A DNA stretch of 64,000 nucleotides from Pseudomonadota bacterium (GTDB taxonomy: Bacteria > Pseudomonadota > Alphaproteobacteria > Rhizobiales > Rhizobiaceae). A program made the position numbers and the translations under genes. Location of the stretch: positions 5,961 to 69,960 of the forward strand of contig JBCCOK010000011.1 in assembly GCA_039025395.1 (NCBI GenBank). Direction: 5' to 3'. Under the pieces are notes generated by a model, which was not told the DNA's origin, did no database searches, and worked only from the letters and a program-made list of their open reading frames with translations. This document shows positions 17,414-26,558 of this stretch, one piece after another (position 1 is the stretch's first letter; each line of letters opens with the position of its first letter).

Positions 17414-17967
17414 GGTTTCTCCAGTGATACCCCAATTCCGCAGGCTGGTTTTTTTGCCTTGCGGTGGACACATTTTCTAGACGAAGGCCAGCCTCTTCGC
17501 AACTGAAAAAAGCATGAGCAACGCTGCTTCGGCTGACATTTGATCCAGCGTTGAATCCACACCGTAAAATCCAACTATTATCCCGCAATGGATAACAAAA
17601 AGTTGGGCGATCGCAGTGATTGCCGTCAAGAACGAAACAGCTTTGGCCTGCTGGGACATGCGGAAAACCGTGTTGCTGAGCAGAGTTCCGCTCAGTCGGT
17701 AATTGATTGCGGCATTGCGTCGCGCAGTTTCACGGATGGGCCTTCCCGCAGGCAATATTGGTGGCGCACTGCCGTTTGAAGCCACAGTTGTGAAACCGAC
17801 ACAGACAAGATTGCAGCGTTGACATCGTTTGGCTGAAGTATCAGTTTTCGGCAACGAAGCGGAACCGGTCGACAATTGCTAGGAACCGTTACACCTAAGC
17901 GCTGGTTGGCGCTTCGGAGGACGCGACCGGAAGAGACTGCATCTTTTCATCCTAACCGGGGCACTGT

Positions 17968-18882
17968 TTGGACAGAATTCAAAGAGCCAACGTGACCGAT
18001 CTCCTGCTTGTCGTCTTGACAGCGCTGATTTGGGGCTCGGCGTTCACGGCGATTAAGGTCGCCGTTCATGAGACTGGGCCCTTCTGGCTTGCAGCGGCAC
18101 GGGTGACCATCGGTTTTCTCGTCGTTCTTCCCTATGCTGCCTGGCGCGGTCTGATTTTGCCGTCGACGGCCCGGATGTGGTGTCTTGTGGCGCTGATGTC
18201 GCTGTTCAACGTGGTCCTGCCCTTTCTGCTGATTTCCTGGGGACAGCTCTCGATCGATGCGGGTGTGACCTCACTGCTATTGGGGACCGGTCCTTTCGTC
18301 GCGATTATCGGCAGCCACCTGTTCACACCGGACGACAAGCTTTCGGCCACCAAGGTTCTGGGCGTACTTCTCGGTTTCTCCGGTGTTTTGACAATTGTTG
18401 GCTTCGATGCCGTCAGCAATATTGGCCGCAGCGAGCTGATCGCCCAGATCGCGGTTTTCTTGGCGTCCATGTGCTACGTCGCCAGCGGGCTGCTGATAAG
18501 AATGATCGATATCCCGCCCGGACGGCTTGCCTGCATCGCTCTTGGTGTTTCAAGCTTGGCACTGGTCGCCATCGCACTGTTCACCGACGGCATACCGACA
18601 ACAAACCTGTCCGGCAACGCGGCATTCGCACTGGTCTATCTCGGCCTGATACCGACGGGTCTCGCCTATTTGCTGCGCTTCTACCTGATCAGGAAGATCG
18701 GCTATTCGACATTCGCAATCGGACTGAACCTTATACCCGTATTCGGTGTCGCATTGGGCGTTCTGTTGCTGGATGAAACGCTGTCACTGCACATCCTTGT
18801 CGCCCTTGCACTGGTCGTTTGCGGTCTTTTCGTCACTAGGCTCGGAAATCAGGACGCCGGATCGGGGAAACCGGCTCCATGA
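17968..18882 (+). CDS. DMT (EamA-type) family transporter
   Basis: 304 aa with ~10 TM helices and EamA-like repeats. TTG start as given in the track; a GTG at 17992 is an alternative. Confidence 0.8.
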   Translation: MDRIQRANVTDLLLVVLTALIWGSAFTAIKVAVHETGPFWLAAARVTIGFLVVLPYAAWRGLILPSTARMWCLVALMSLFNVVLPFLLISWGQLSIDAGVTSLLLGTGPFVAIIGSHLFTPDDKLSATKVLGVLLGFSGVLTIVGFDAVSNIGRSELIAQIAVFLASMCYVASGLLIRMIDIPPGRLACIALGVSSLALVAIALFTDGIPTTNLSGNAAFALVYLGLIPTGLAYLLRFYLIRKIGYSTFAIGLNLIPVFGVALGVLLLDETLSLHILVALALVVCGLFVTRLGNQDAGSGKPAP

Positions 18883-19865
18883 GCACATCCTACGCCCCGA
18901 CCGAACATTCAAAGCGCGTCATCCTGATTGATGTTGCCAGAGGTACGGCATTGGCCGCCATGGTGGTTTATCACTTTACATGGGATCTGGAGTTTTTCGG
19001 CTATGTACAGCAGGGCCTTACTGCCTATGGCGGGTGGAAGATGTTCGCGCGGCTCATCGCCGGCAGCTTCCTGTTTCTGGTCGGCGTCAGTCTGGTCCTG
19101 GGCCACAGCGACGCAATTCGCTGGCGCTCATTTGCCGTTCGGCTTGCGATGATTGTTGCCGCCGCCGCAGCGATTACGGGCGTCACGGTCTATGCCATGC
19201 CGGACAGGTTCATATTTTTCGGCATACTCCATAACATTGCTGTCTCGAGTATACTCGGCCTTGCATTTCTGCGGCTGCCGGCGATTGTGAGCCTTGCAGG
19301 CGCCATTATCGTGCTTTTCGGAAAGGTGTATTTTGCAGCACCGGTTTTCAATCATTGGGCACTGTTATGGCTGGGCCTTTCGACCGATCGGGTGGTTTCC
19401 AATGATTACGTTCCGGTATTTCCATGGTTCGGTGTCGTCTTGCTCGGCATTGGTACGGCAAAAATTGCAAAATCCGCAGGCTTGTTCACCTGGCTTGCGG
19501 CGATTTATCGGAGTGAAAGCCGGATCGGAAAGCCGCTTGCGTTTGCCGGACGTCACAGTCTGGCCGTCTACCTCCTCCATCAACCGGTACTTATCGGGTT
19601 GGTTTATATCGCGAGCCTTGTTTATCCGGCACCGGCAGCCGATCCGATTGCCAGCATTACATTCAGCTGCAACCGTGTTTGTTCCGAAGACAACCCGGAT
19701 GGTTTCTGTCAGAGATACTGCCGATGCGTGGCTGAGGGAATTGTCGAAGCAGACCTGCTCGATACGCTGACGACGATCCAATCCAGCGGAGAGCCAGACG
19801 CTGAGCTAAGACAGATTACCGCCGCATGTACGGCGTCGGCGATCGAACAAGGCGGGTCGGAATGA
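18879..19865 (+). CDS. DUF1624 (heparan-alpha-glucosaminide N-acetyltransferase-like) membrane protein with Cys-rich C-terminal tail
   Basis: RVILIDVARGTALAAMVVYHFTWDL is the typical DUF1624 N-terminus. Multi-TM. ATGA overlap with the upstream DMT gene. Confidence 0.75.
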   Translation: MSTSYAPTEHSKRVILIDVARGTALAAMVVYHFTWDLEFFGYVQQGLTAYGGWKMFARLIAGSFLFLVGVSLVLGHSDAIRWRSFAVRLAMIVAAAAAITGVTVYAMPDRFIFFGILHNIAVSSILGLAFLRLPAIVSLAGAIIVLFGKVYFAAPVFNHWALLWLGLSTDRVVSNDYVPVFPWFGVVLLGIGTAKIAKSAGLFTWLAAIYRSESRIGKPLAFAGRHSLAVYLLHQPVLIGLVYIASLVYPAPAADPIASITFSCNRVCSEDNPDGFCQRYCRCVAEGIVEADLLDTLTTIQSSGEPDAELRQITAACTASAIEQGGSE

Positions 19866-20329
19866 ACGCGTACAAGGCAAGATCCAATTCGATACCGTGG
19901 CCCCCGATCATTACCCTGGCCGCGGCAATCCTGGCCGTCCTCGCAGCCTGGGTCTATCGGCTGCCTTTTCCGCAAGGAGCCGTTTTGCAGTATACCGGTG
20001 TGCTGCTCTTGATTTTCGCATTGGCTATCGACATCTGGTCGATTTTTACCATGCGGGCGGCGCAGACAACGGTCATGCCTACAAAAGGGTCGACGCACCT
20101 CGTCACGAACGGTCCGTTCGGCTACAGCCGCAACCCGATCTATCTCGGCAACATCCTGCTGCTGCTGGCCTTGTCTCTGATACTTGCCAATGCCTGGTTC
20201 GTGATCCTGGCCGCAGCAGCCGCAATCGGGATGAAAAAGCTCGCGGTCGACCGCGAAGAACTGCATCTGTTGGCCGTTTTCGGCGCCGAATACGAGGACT
20301 ATTGCCGTCGGGTGAGGCGCTGGCTCTGA
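19862..20329 (+). CDS. ICMT/PEMT-like membrane methyltransferase family protein
   Basis: ORF trimmed to the ATG at 19862 (ATGA overlap with the previous stop). GPFGYSRNPIYLGNILL...EELHLLAVFGAEYEDYCRRVRRW is typical of isoprenylcysteine carboxyl / phospholipid methyltransferase folds. Confidence 0.75.
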   Translation: MNAYKARSNSIPWPPIITLAAAILAVLAAWVYRLPFPQGAVLQYTGVLLLIFALAIDIWSIFTMRAAQTTVMPTKGSTHLVTNGPFGYSRNPIYLGNILLLLALSLILANAWFVILAAAAAIGMKKLAVDREELHLLAVFGAEYEDYCRRVRRWL

Positions 20330-20352
20330 TCTAAGATACCGGCAAGATAGCG

Positions 20353-20739
20353 TCAGGTGCCGACCCGCAGTTCGGCAAGACGCGCCAAGCAAGCCTCATC
20401 CACATTGTCGAGCTCTGCCAGCGTGTCCTCGATATCTTTGCGCTTCTGCTTGAGTTGCTCGCGCTTCTCGGCGACCCGCTTCATCATCAGTTCAAGCTGC
20501 CCCAATTCACCAGGCGGACCCTTGTAAATGTCAATGATCTCGCGAATCTCGGCAATCGTAAATCCAAGGCGGCGTCCGCGCAGGATTTCCTTGATGAGAT
20601 GCCGATCCGACGATTTAAACAATCGTGTTCGACCACGACGTTCCGGTTGAATGAGACCTTCGTCCTCATAGAAGCGCAGGGTCCGCGTCGAAACGCCGAA
20701 TTCGCGTGTAAGCTCAGTGATGGTGTAGTATTTGCGCAC
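20353..20739 (-). CDS. MerR family transcriptional regulator
   Basis: YTITELTREFGVSTRTLRFYEDEGLI (MerR HTH) followed by a coiled-coil dimerisation helix. Confidence 0.85.
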   Translation of the reverse strand: MRKYYTITELTREFGVSTRTLRFYEDEGLIQPERRGRTRLFKSSDRHLIKEILRGRRLGFTIAEIREIIDIYKGPPGELGQLELMMKRVAEKREQLKQKRKDIEDTLAELDNVDEACLARLAELRVGT

Positions 20740-20843
20740 GTCATTGCCTGCCGTGTTTGAGCGGTCAGACTCTGACTTTCTTTTACGTAAAAGTCAATTT
20801 TTCGCCTGGGGATGAACGCCAAACCGCCAAACAGGGTAAATCT

Positions 20844-22262
20844 TTATCCCACCAGCCCGAACCACCAGCTGGCAAGACCTAAGAAGGCAAAAAACCCGAC
20901 GACGTCGGTCACCGTTGTTACGAAGACGGCAGAAGCGATTGCCGGATCGATGTTTAGCTTATCGAGAAGAAGCGGCAGCAAAATTCCTGAAATTCCGGCC
21001 GCCAGCATGTTGATGACCATGGCGATGCCGATAACCACGCCGAGCTGGCCGCTGCCGAACCATGCCCAGGCAAGGAGCGCAACGACAAATGCAAAGAGAA
21101 CGCCATTGATGAATCCGACCGCAATCTCGCGGCGTACAATGCGAGCGGCGTTGTAGATATCGAGATCCTTGGTAGCCAGAGCCCGAACGGTAACGGTCAG
21201 CGTTTGCGTTCCCGCATTGCCGCCCATGGACGCGACAATTGGCATGAGTATAGCCAGCGCTACCATCTGCTGAATGGTGGCGTCGAATAGACCGATGACG
21301 ACCGAGGCAAGAATGGCGGTCGCGAGGTTGACCATGAGCCAGGGAAAACGCGAGCGGACTGTCGCAGCCACAGCGTCAGACAATTCTTCATCGCCAACGC
21401 CTCCGAGCCGCAAAATATCTTCTTCCGCCTCTTCCTGAATAACGTCGACGACATCATCAATGGTCAGGACACCAACCAGCCGGTTGTTTTCATCAAGGAC
21501 GGCAGCAGACAAAAGGTCGTACTGCTCAAACAACTGCGCAGCTTCTTCCTGATCCATTTCTGCCGAGATGGGCCGATTGGTATCGCGCATGATCGCTTCG
21601 ATCTTGATCTCCCGCTTTGATCGCAGGATGCGGTCCAGATCGACGGCACCAAGGAGCCGAAAGGTCGGATCAATGACGAAGACCTGAGAAAACGAATCGG
21701 GAAGCCGCTCCTCTTCGCGCATGTAGTCGATTGTCTGGCCGACACTCCAGAATGGCGGTACTGCAACAAACTCGGTTTGCATGCGCCGCCCGGCGGTGTC
21801 CTCAGGGTAATCCAGCGAGCGCCGCAGGCGTATCCGCTCGGTGAAGGGCAGTTTTGCCAGGATGTCTTCCTGGTCTTCTTCATCGAGATCCTCAAGAATG
21901 TATACCGCATCATCTGAATCGAGGTCTTCAAGACCCTCTGCGAGCTTTTCATTCGGCAAATCGTCGACAATCTCACGCCGGATCGCATCGTCGACCTCCG
22001 TCAGTGCGGTGAAGTCGAAATCATCACCAGTCAGCCTCACCAGCCTGCTGCGCTGGTCAGGCTGAAGCGATTCGATCAGGTCACCCAGCTCCGACTCATG
22101 CAGCCCGGAAACCTGTTCTCTGAGGAAGAGCACATCCCCGTCTGCAATAGCCGCACCGACGCGCGCGACGAAGCCGGAACGAATGACACCGTCTTCGTCG
22201 TAAATCTCACTACGCTCAGGAGACCCCTCGCCGCTTTCCGATACGGCGGATTGATCCTGCAT
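20844..22262 (-). CDS. mgtE: Magnesium transporter MgtE
   Basis: N-domain, tandem CBS pairs, and a C-terminal 5-TM MgtE domain (PIVASMGGNAGTQ...GILLPLLLDKLNIDPA). The start is set at the ATG at 22262; the ORF extends to a TTG at 22301. Confidence 0.92.
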   Translation of the reverse strand: MQDQSAVSESGEGSPERSEIYDEDGVIRSGFVARVGAAIADGDVLFLREQVSGLHESELGDLIESLQPDQRSRLVRLTGDDFDFTALTEVDDAIRREIVDDLPNEKLAEGLEDLDSDDAVYILEDLDEEDQEDILAKLPFTERIRLRRSLDYPEDTAGRRMQTEFVAVPPFWSVGQTIDYMREEERLPDSFSQVFVIDPTFRLLGAVDLDRILRSKREIKIEAIMRDTNRPISAEMDQEEAAQLFEQYDLLSAAVLDENNRLVGVLTIDDVVDVIQEEAEEDILRLGGVGDEELSDAVAATVRSRFPWLMVNLATAILASVVIGLFDATIQQMVALAILMPIVASMGGNAGTQTLTVTVRALATKDLDIYNAARIVRREIAVGFINGVLFAFVVALLAWAWFGSGQLGVVIGIAMVINMLAAGISGILLPLLLDKLNIDPAIASAVFVTTVTDVVGFFAFLGLASWWFGLVG

Positions 22263-22458
22263 TGTATTCGACCCAAATCTACTTCGCTGTCGTCGCACCA
22301 AGCTTAGAGGGAGTCAGGCAGTAAATGAAGGATTCGAAGGCATAACGATGCACCGGATTGGCGCCTAGAGCGAGATGTGGCTGAAGCGCTGAACTGCCAG
22401 TCACCAAATGCGCCGCACAGCGCGTCCAAAATCAGACCAGAGGCCGCCTTTGGCTGGA

Positions 22459-23490
22459 TTAATCCGGAAAACCAATATGCAGTGGCTCTGCCGCGTCGAG
22501 AATGCGGCTATAGGTGCTGCGATCGACATTTCCGCCCGATACAACGACAACGACTGTCTTGTCTTTAAATCGTTCAAGTTGCTGTAGAAGCGCTGCAAAC
22601 CCCGCGCAGCCGCCTGGTTCGGCGACCAGTTTCAGCCGCTCGAACAATACCGCCATGGCACTCATCACCTCGCGGTCAGACACGACAAAGCCGCCACTGA
22701 CATTGGTCCGTATGATCTCGAATGTGATCAAACCCGGCTGCGGTGTCGCAATGGAATCGCAAATGGTCGGGGAACCAGGGGCTATCGATACCCGCTTTCC
22801 AGCGTTCAGAGAAAGGACCATGTCATCATAGTGTTCGGGTTCCGCACACCACAAATGTGACTGTGGCGAATGCGCCTTGATCGCGACGGAAATCCCGGAA
22901 AGCAATCCACCGCCGCCCACCGGACAGATTACGTGATCAATGTCGAGATTCATGCGCCTGGTCTGCCGGACAATCTCCAGTCCAACCGTGGCCTGGCCCG
23001 AGATGACATCGACATCGTCGAAAGGTGGTATGATTGCGGCGCCTGTCTCAGCAGCTCTTTCTTGCGCCAATGCCTTCCGGTCATCGCCATTGCGGTCAAA
23101 AAACACAACGTCTGCTCCCAAGGCACGCGTATTGTTGATTTTTATCGCCGGTGCGTCGCCCGGCATGAATATGGTTGCGGGAAGCTCCAGTAACCTGGCG
23201 GCGGCTGCAACACCTTGAGCGTGGTTGCCCGAGGAATAAGCGACAACACCCGACGAGCGCGCATGCACCGGAAGACGGGACAGCTTTGTGTATGCGCCGC
23301 GAAACTTGAAGGAACCCGTGCGCTGCAGACATTCAGCCTTGAAAAGGAGACGCATTCCGAGCGCTTCGTTCAATTGAGGCGATTCGACCAGCGGCGTAGG
23401 CACAGCAAGGCCATCAAGCCGCTTTGCGGCATCTTCGACAAGTTCAGCACTAACGCCGGTATTTGTGCCTCTGATTGCCTCGCCAAGCAT
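22459..23490 (-). CDS. PLP-dependent threonine/serine dehydratase family protein
   Basis: PLP-lysine motif GSFKFRGAY, SSGNHAQGVAAAA, and a glycine-rich loop CPVGGGGLLSG. Confidence 0.85.
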   Translation of the reverse strand: MLGEAIRGTNTGVSAELVEDAAKRLDGLAVPTPLVESPQLNEALGMRLLFKAECLQRTGSFKFRGAYTKLSRLPVHARSSGVVAYSSGNHAQGVAAAARLLELPATIFMPGDAPAIKINNTRALGADVVFFDRNGDDRKALAQERAAETGAAIIPPFDDVDVISGQATVGLEIVRQTRRMNLDIDHVICPVGGGGLLSGISVAIKAHSPQSHLWCAEPEHYDDMVLSLNAGKRVSIAPGSPTICDSIATPQPGLITFEIIRTNVSGGFVVSDREVMSAMAVLFERLKLVAEPGGCAGFAALLQQLERFKDKTVVVVVSGGNVDRSTYSRILDAAEPLHIGFPD

Positions 23491-23543
23491 GTTTTCCCAT
23501 TCTGCGCAGCATTATGAATGTGCGATATCGGTGACCCGATCAG

Positions 23544-24068
23544 TCAGCGCTGCAGCGCAAAGGCTGCCGGTTTGTTTTGACTTACGAAGCGCTCCAGGCA
23601 CTTACGCATTGTCACCTTTTCTATATCTTTGAGAAGCGTTGTCGAATATTTCGTCGAGCGTGCCTCGACGATGTATCCACTCTTTTCGAAAAAAGAGATT
23701 CCAGTGCGATTTCTTGCGTGCAAATCTATCTCGGCGAAATCGAAACCATCATTCTTGATCTCGGCCTCAACCGCGTTCAGCAGCGCGGTCGCCACTCCCC
23801 TTTGGCAACAATCGGGATCGACATTCAGAAATGCCACCCTGAAATCCATGTCTTCGCGAAAAACCCAGCCCAATATGACGGTATTCGAAACGGCCACCAA
23901 GGCGGTGTTCCAGTAATCCTTTGAAGCATCACGGTAAATCCCATGAACCTGTTCGCGCAAGGGGTCGATATCTTCACCCCAGTGTGGGACGGCACGCTCC
24001 CAGAGGCGAATGCCAATGGCCGCAATCTGCTCGGCGTCCTCTGCGACTGCTTTCCTAACTTCAATCAT
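23544..24068 (-). CDS. GNAT family N-acetyltransferase
   Basis: MIEVRKAVAEDAEQIAAI... and CQRGVATALLNAVE (acetyl-CoA Q/RxxGxG/A-type motif). The ORF extends to 24134 but the GNAT fold begins at the 24068 ATG. Confidence 0.7.
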   Translation of the reverse strand: MIEVRKAVAEDAEQIAAIGIRLWERAVPHWGEDIDPLREQVHGIYRDASKDYWNTALVAVSNTVILGWVFREDMDFRVAFLNVDPDCCQRGVATALLNAVEAEIKNDGFDFAEIDLHARNRTGISFFEKSGYIVEARSTKYSTTLLKDIEKVTMRKCLERFVSQNKPAAFALQR

Positions 24069-24388
24069 CGTCACCACACGCAACCACATCTGCACCATTC
24101 GCCGTTTCGACAATGCGCCGTTTGTACGACGCATATGGCAGCACTACCTGTCGTTGACTCGCGCAGACTGACATAGCAAAGCGCGCTATTGCAACTCGCA
24201 AGCCGCTGTGTCGCTGTCGGATCGCGAACCGGTTTCCCGGTGCACGAACGGACGTTGCGGGATAACCTAAGCGACAAACGGTAGAAATCGATAGAGCATC
24301 CGGGCGTGGCAAAGAAATGCCATGTCCGAAACTTAGAGATTCATCAAGGAAAATGAGAGCTTCCGGTTCGATCGAACCATGCTTTAAC

Positions 24389-24787
24389 TTAACTGTCGGC
24401 GCGAACCACGGCGTCGCCCTTGTCAGCCAATGCCTTGAGGTCGGCAGGTTTCAGTTCCACCGATTCGCCGCACCCGCAGGCAGACGTCTGATTGGGATTG
24501 TTGAACACAAAACCGGAACGCAGGGTTGTGGTTTCGAAATCCATTTCCGTACCGAGGAGAAACAACACGGCCTCGGGCGCCACATAGACCCTGGCGCCTT
24601 TTGCCTCGACCACATCGTCCTTGTCGTTGACTTCCGTTGCGAGATCCACCGTGTACTCCATACCGGCACATCCGCCTTTTTTGATCCCGACGCGCAATCC
24701 GACCGCCCGAGCGTTCGAGGTTTCGACGATCGCCTTGACGCGGTCGGCGGCCTTATCTGTCAATGTCATGACTGCAAAGCCAGTCAT
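24389..24787 (-). CDS. sufA: Fe-S cluster insertion A-type carrier (SufA/IscA family)
   Basis: GLRVGIKKGGCAGMEY...FVFNNPNQTSACGCGESV (the three conserved Cys). GGAGA lies 6 nt upstream of the ATG at 24787. It is the last gene of the suf operon. Confidence 0.9.
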   Translation of the reverse strand: MTGFAVMTLTDKAADRVKAIVETSNARAVGLRVGIKKGGCAGMEYTVDLATEVNDKDDVVEAKGARVYVAPEAVLFLLGTEMDFETTTLRSGFVFNNPNQTSACGCGESVELKPADLKALADKGDAVVRADS

Positions 24788-24873
24788 TGCGTGTCTCCAT
24801 TCGGGTCAACAGATCGGTCTGTTTCATGCAATGCGGATTGACGGGACAATACCGTATAAAAGGAATCCGTCAA

Positions 24874-25275
24874 TCAATACCAGCCGACGGCGATCTGCGC
24901 TTCCTCTGACATCCGATCCGGCGTCCATGGCGGATCAAACGTCATGTTTACGTCGACACCCGATACGCCTTCAACCGTACCGACCGCATTCTCCACCCAT
25001 CCCGGCATCTCGCCGGCAACGGGACAGCCTGGTGCAGTGAGGGTCATGTCGATTTTCACGCTCCGGTCATCTTCGATATCGATACGGTATATGAGGCCCA
25101 ACTCGTATATGTCGGCGGGGATCTCTGGATCATATACAGTTTTGATCGCGGCAATGATGTCATCTGTCAGACGGGCGAGTTCATCGCGCGGTATCGAAGA
25201 TGCCGACAGGCCGCCATTCGTCGTGGGCTCTTCGGCGTGTGTCTCGCCGCTTTCGGTTTGTATCTCGTCGCTCAT
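24874..25275 (-). CDS. sufT: SUF-system DUF59 Fe-S assembly protein
   Basis: IKTVYDPEIPADIYELGLIY...LTAPGCPVAG (DUF59 core). Positioned between sufS and sufA. Confidence 0.85.
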   Translation of the reverse strand: MSDEIQTESGETHAEEPTTNGGLSASSIPRDELARLTDDIIAAIKTVYDPEIPADIYELGLIYRIDIEDDRSVKIDMTLTAPGCPVAGEMPGWVENAVGTVEGVSGVDVNMTFDPPWTPDRMSEEAQIAVGWY

Positions 25276-25301
25276 TGAACAGGTCCCGGTTTATCGCAGG
25301 A

Positions 25302-26558
25302 TCAGGCAAAAAACTCCCGTGCCTTCAACAGCGCGTCGTACAATACGTCCACCTCTTCGCGCGTATTGTAAAGGCCGAAAGAAGCACGACAGGTCGAGGT
25401 CACGCCAAAGCGTCGCAAGAGCGGCTGCGCACAATGCGTTCCGGCCCGTACAGCAACGCCCGACCGATCGATGACCATCGATATGTCATGGGCATGAATG
25501 CCCTCAATCTCAAACGAAACAATGGCGCCTTTTCCCGGCGCATTACCAAATATCCGCAAGGAGTTGATTTGCGACAGCTTTTCATGCGCATACGCGCGCA
25601 AATCGGCTTCATGGGCTGCGATGTTTTCCCGGCCGACATTTTCCATATAGTCAAGAGCCGCGCCCAAACCGATGGCTTGAACGATCGGCGGCGTTCCGGC
25701 TTCAAAACGGTGCGGCGGCTCGTTGTAGGTAACGACATCCTCACCAACGTCAAGGATCATCTCGCCACCGCCCTGAAACGGGCGCATCGATTCCAGAACA
25801 TGCTTCTTGCCGTACAGAACCCCGATACCCGACGGACCGTAGACCTTATGGCCGGTAAAGACATACCAGTCACAATCGATATCGCGAACATCTACAGGCA
25901 TGTGAACAGCTGATTGACTCCCGTCAATCAGAACCGGGATACCGCGCTCACGCGCAATCCGGCAAACCTCTTTCACCGGAACGACCGTCCCCAGTACGTT
26001 GGACATGTGGGTGATGGCAATCAGCTTTGTTCGTTCGCTCAGCTGCGCTTCAAAATCCTCAATATGGAACACACCGTTGTCATCAACGGGTATCCATCTG
26101 AGTTTCGCCCCGTGCCGCTCCCGCAGAAAATGCCAGGGGACGATATTGGAATGGTGCTCCATTATGCTCAGGACAATTTCATCGCCTTCGCCAATACGCG
26201 GCATTGCGTACCCATAGGCGACCGTATTGATCGCCTCGGTCGTTGATTTCGTGAATACGATCTCGTCGGCGGATTCGGCATTGAGGAAAGCGCGCACTTT
26301 TTCGCGCGATGCTTCATAGGCATCTGTAGCGGCGTTCGAAAGGAAGTGCAGGCCCCGATGCACATTTGCATATTCATGCGCATAGGCATGCGAGACGGCA
26401 TCAATAACCGCTTGCGGCTTCTGGGCCGACGCACCGTTGTCGATATAAACGAGGGGCTTGCCATAGACGGACCTCGAAAGGATTGGAAAATCCTTCCTCA
26501 CGGCTTCAACATCGTAAGACGCGCCGATGTCCACGAGGTCGCTGGCGAGACTAGCCAT
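25302..26558 (-). CDS. sufS: Cysteine desulfurase SufS (group II)
   Basis: 418 aa. Contains FTGHKVYGPSGIGVLYG (PLP Lys) and RAGTHCAQPLL (catalytic Cys loop). Overlaps the sufD stop by 8 nt. Confidence 0.95.
   Translation of the reverse strand: MASLASDLVDIGASYDVEAVRKDFPILSRSVYGKPLVYIDNGASAQKPQAVIDAVSHAYAHEYANVHRGLHFLSNAATDAYEASREKVRAFLNAESADEIVFTKSTTEAINTVAYGYAMPRIGEGDEIVLSIMEHHSNIVPWHFLRERHGAKLRWIPVDDNGVFHIEDFEAQLSERTKLIAITHMSNVLGTVVPVKEVCRIARERGIPVLIDGSQSAVHMPVDVRDIDCDWYVFTGHKVYGPSGIGVLYGKKHVLESMRPFQGGGEMILDVGEDVVTYNEPPHRFEAGTPPIVQAIGLGAALDYMENVGRENIAAHEADLRAYAHEKLSQINSLRIFGNAPGKGAIVSFEIEGIHAHDISMVIDRSGVAVRAGTHCAQPLLRRFGVTSTCRASFGLYNTREEVDVLYDALLKAREFFA

Noticed and set aside
17477-17875. 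132-aa minus-strand ORF, and a possible internal 60-aa TM peptide starting at 17659
   Set aside because: The N-terminal half is Arg/Cys/Asn-rich and non-protein-like. The internal start has no SD. It is retained only as a remark under the 17.1-18.0 kb finding.
24365-24378. Perfect 14-bp palindrome GGTTCGATCGAACC just after sufA, considered as a terminator
   Set aside because: There is no loop and no downstream U-tract on the minus strand, so it is at best a weak hairpin. It could be chance or a restriction-type palindrome.
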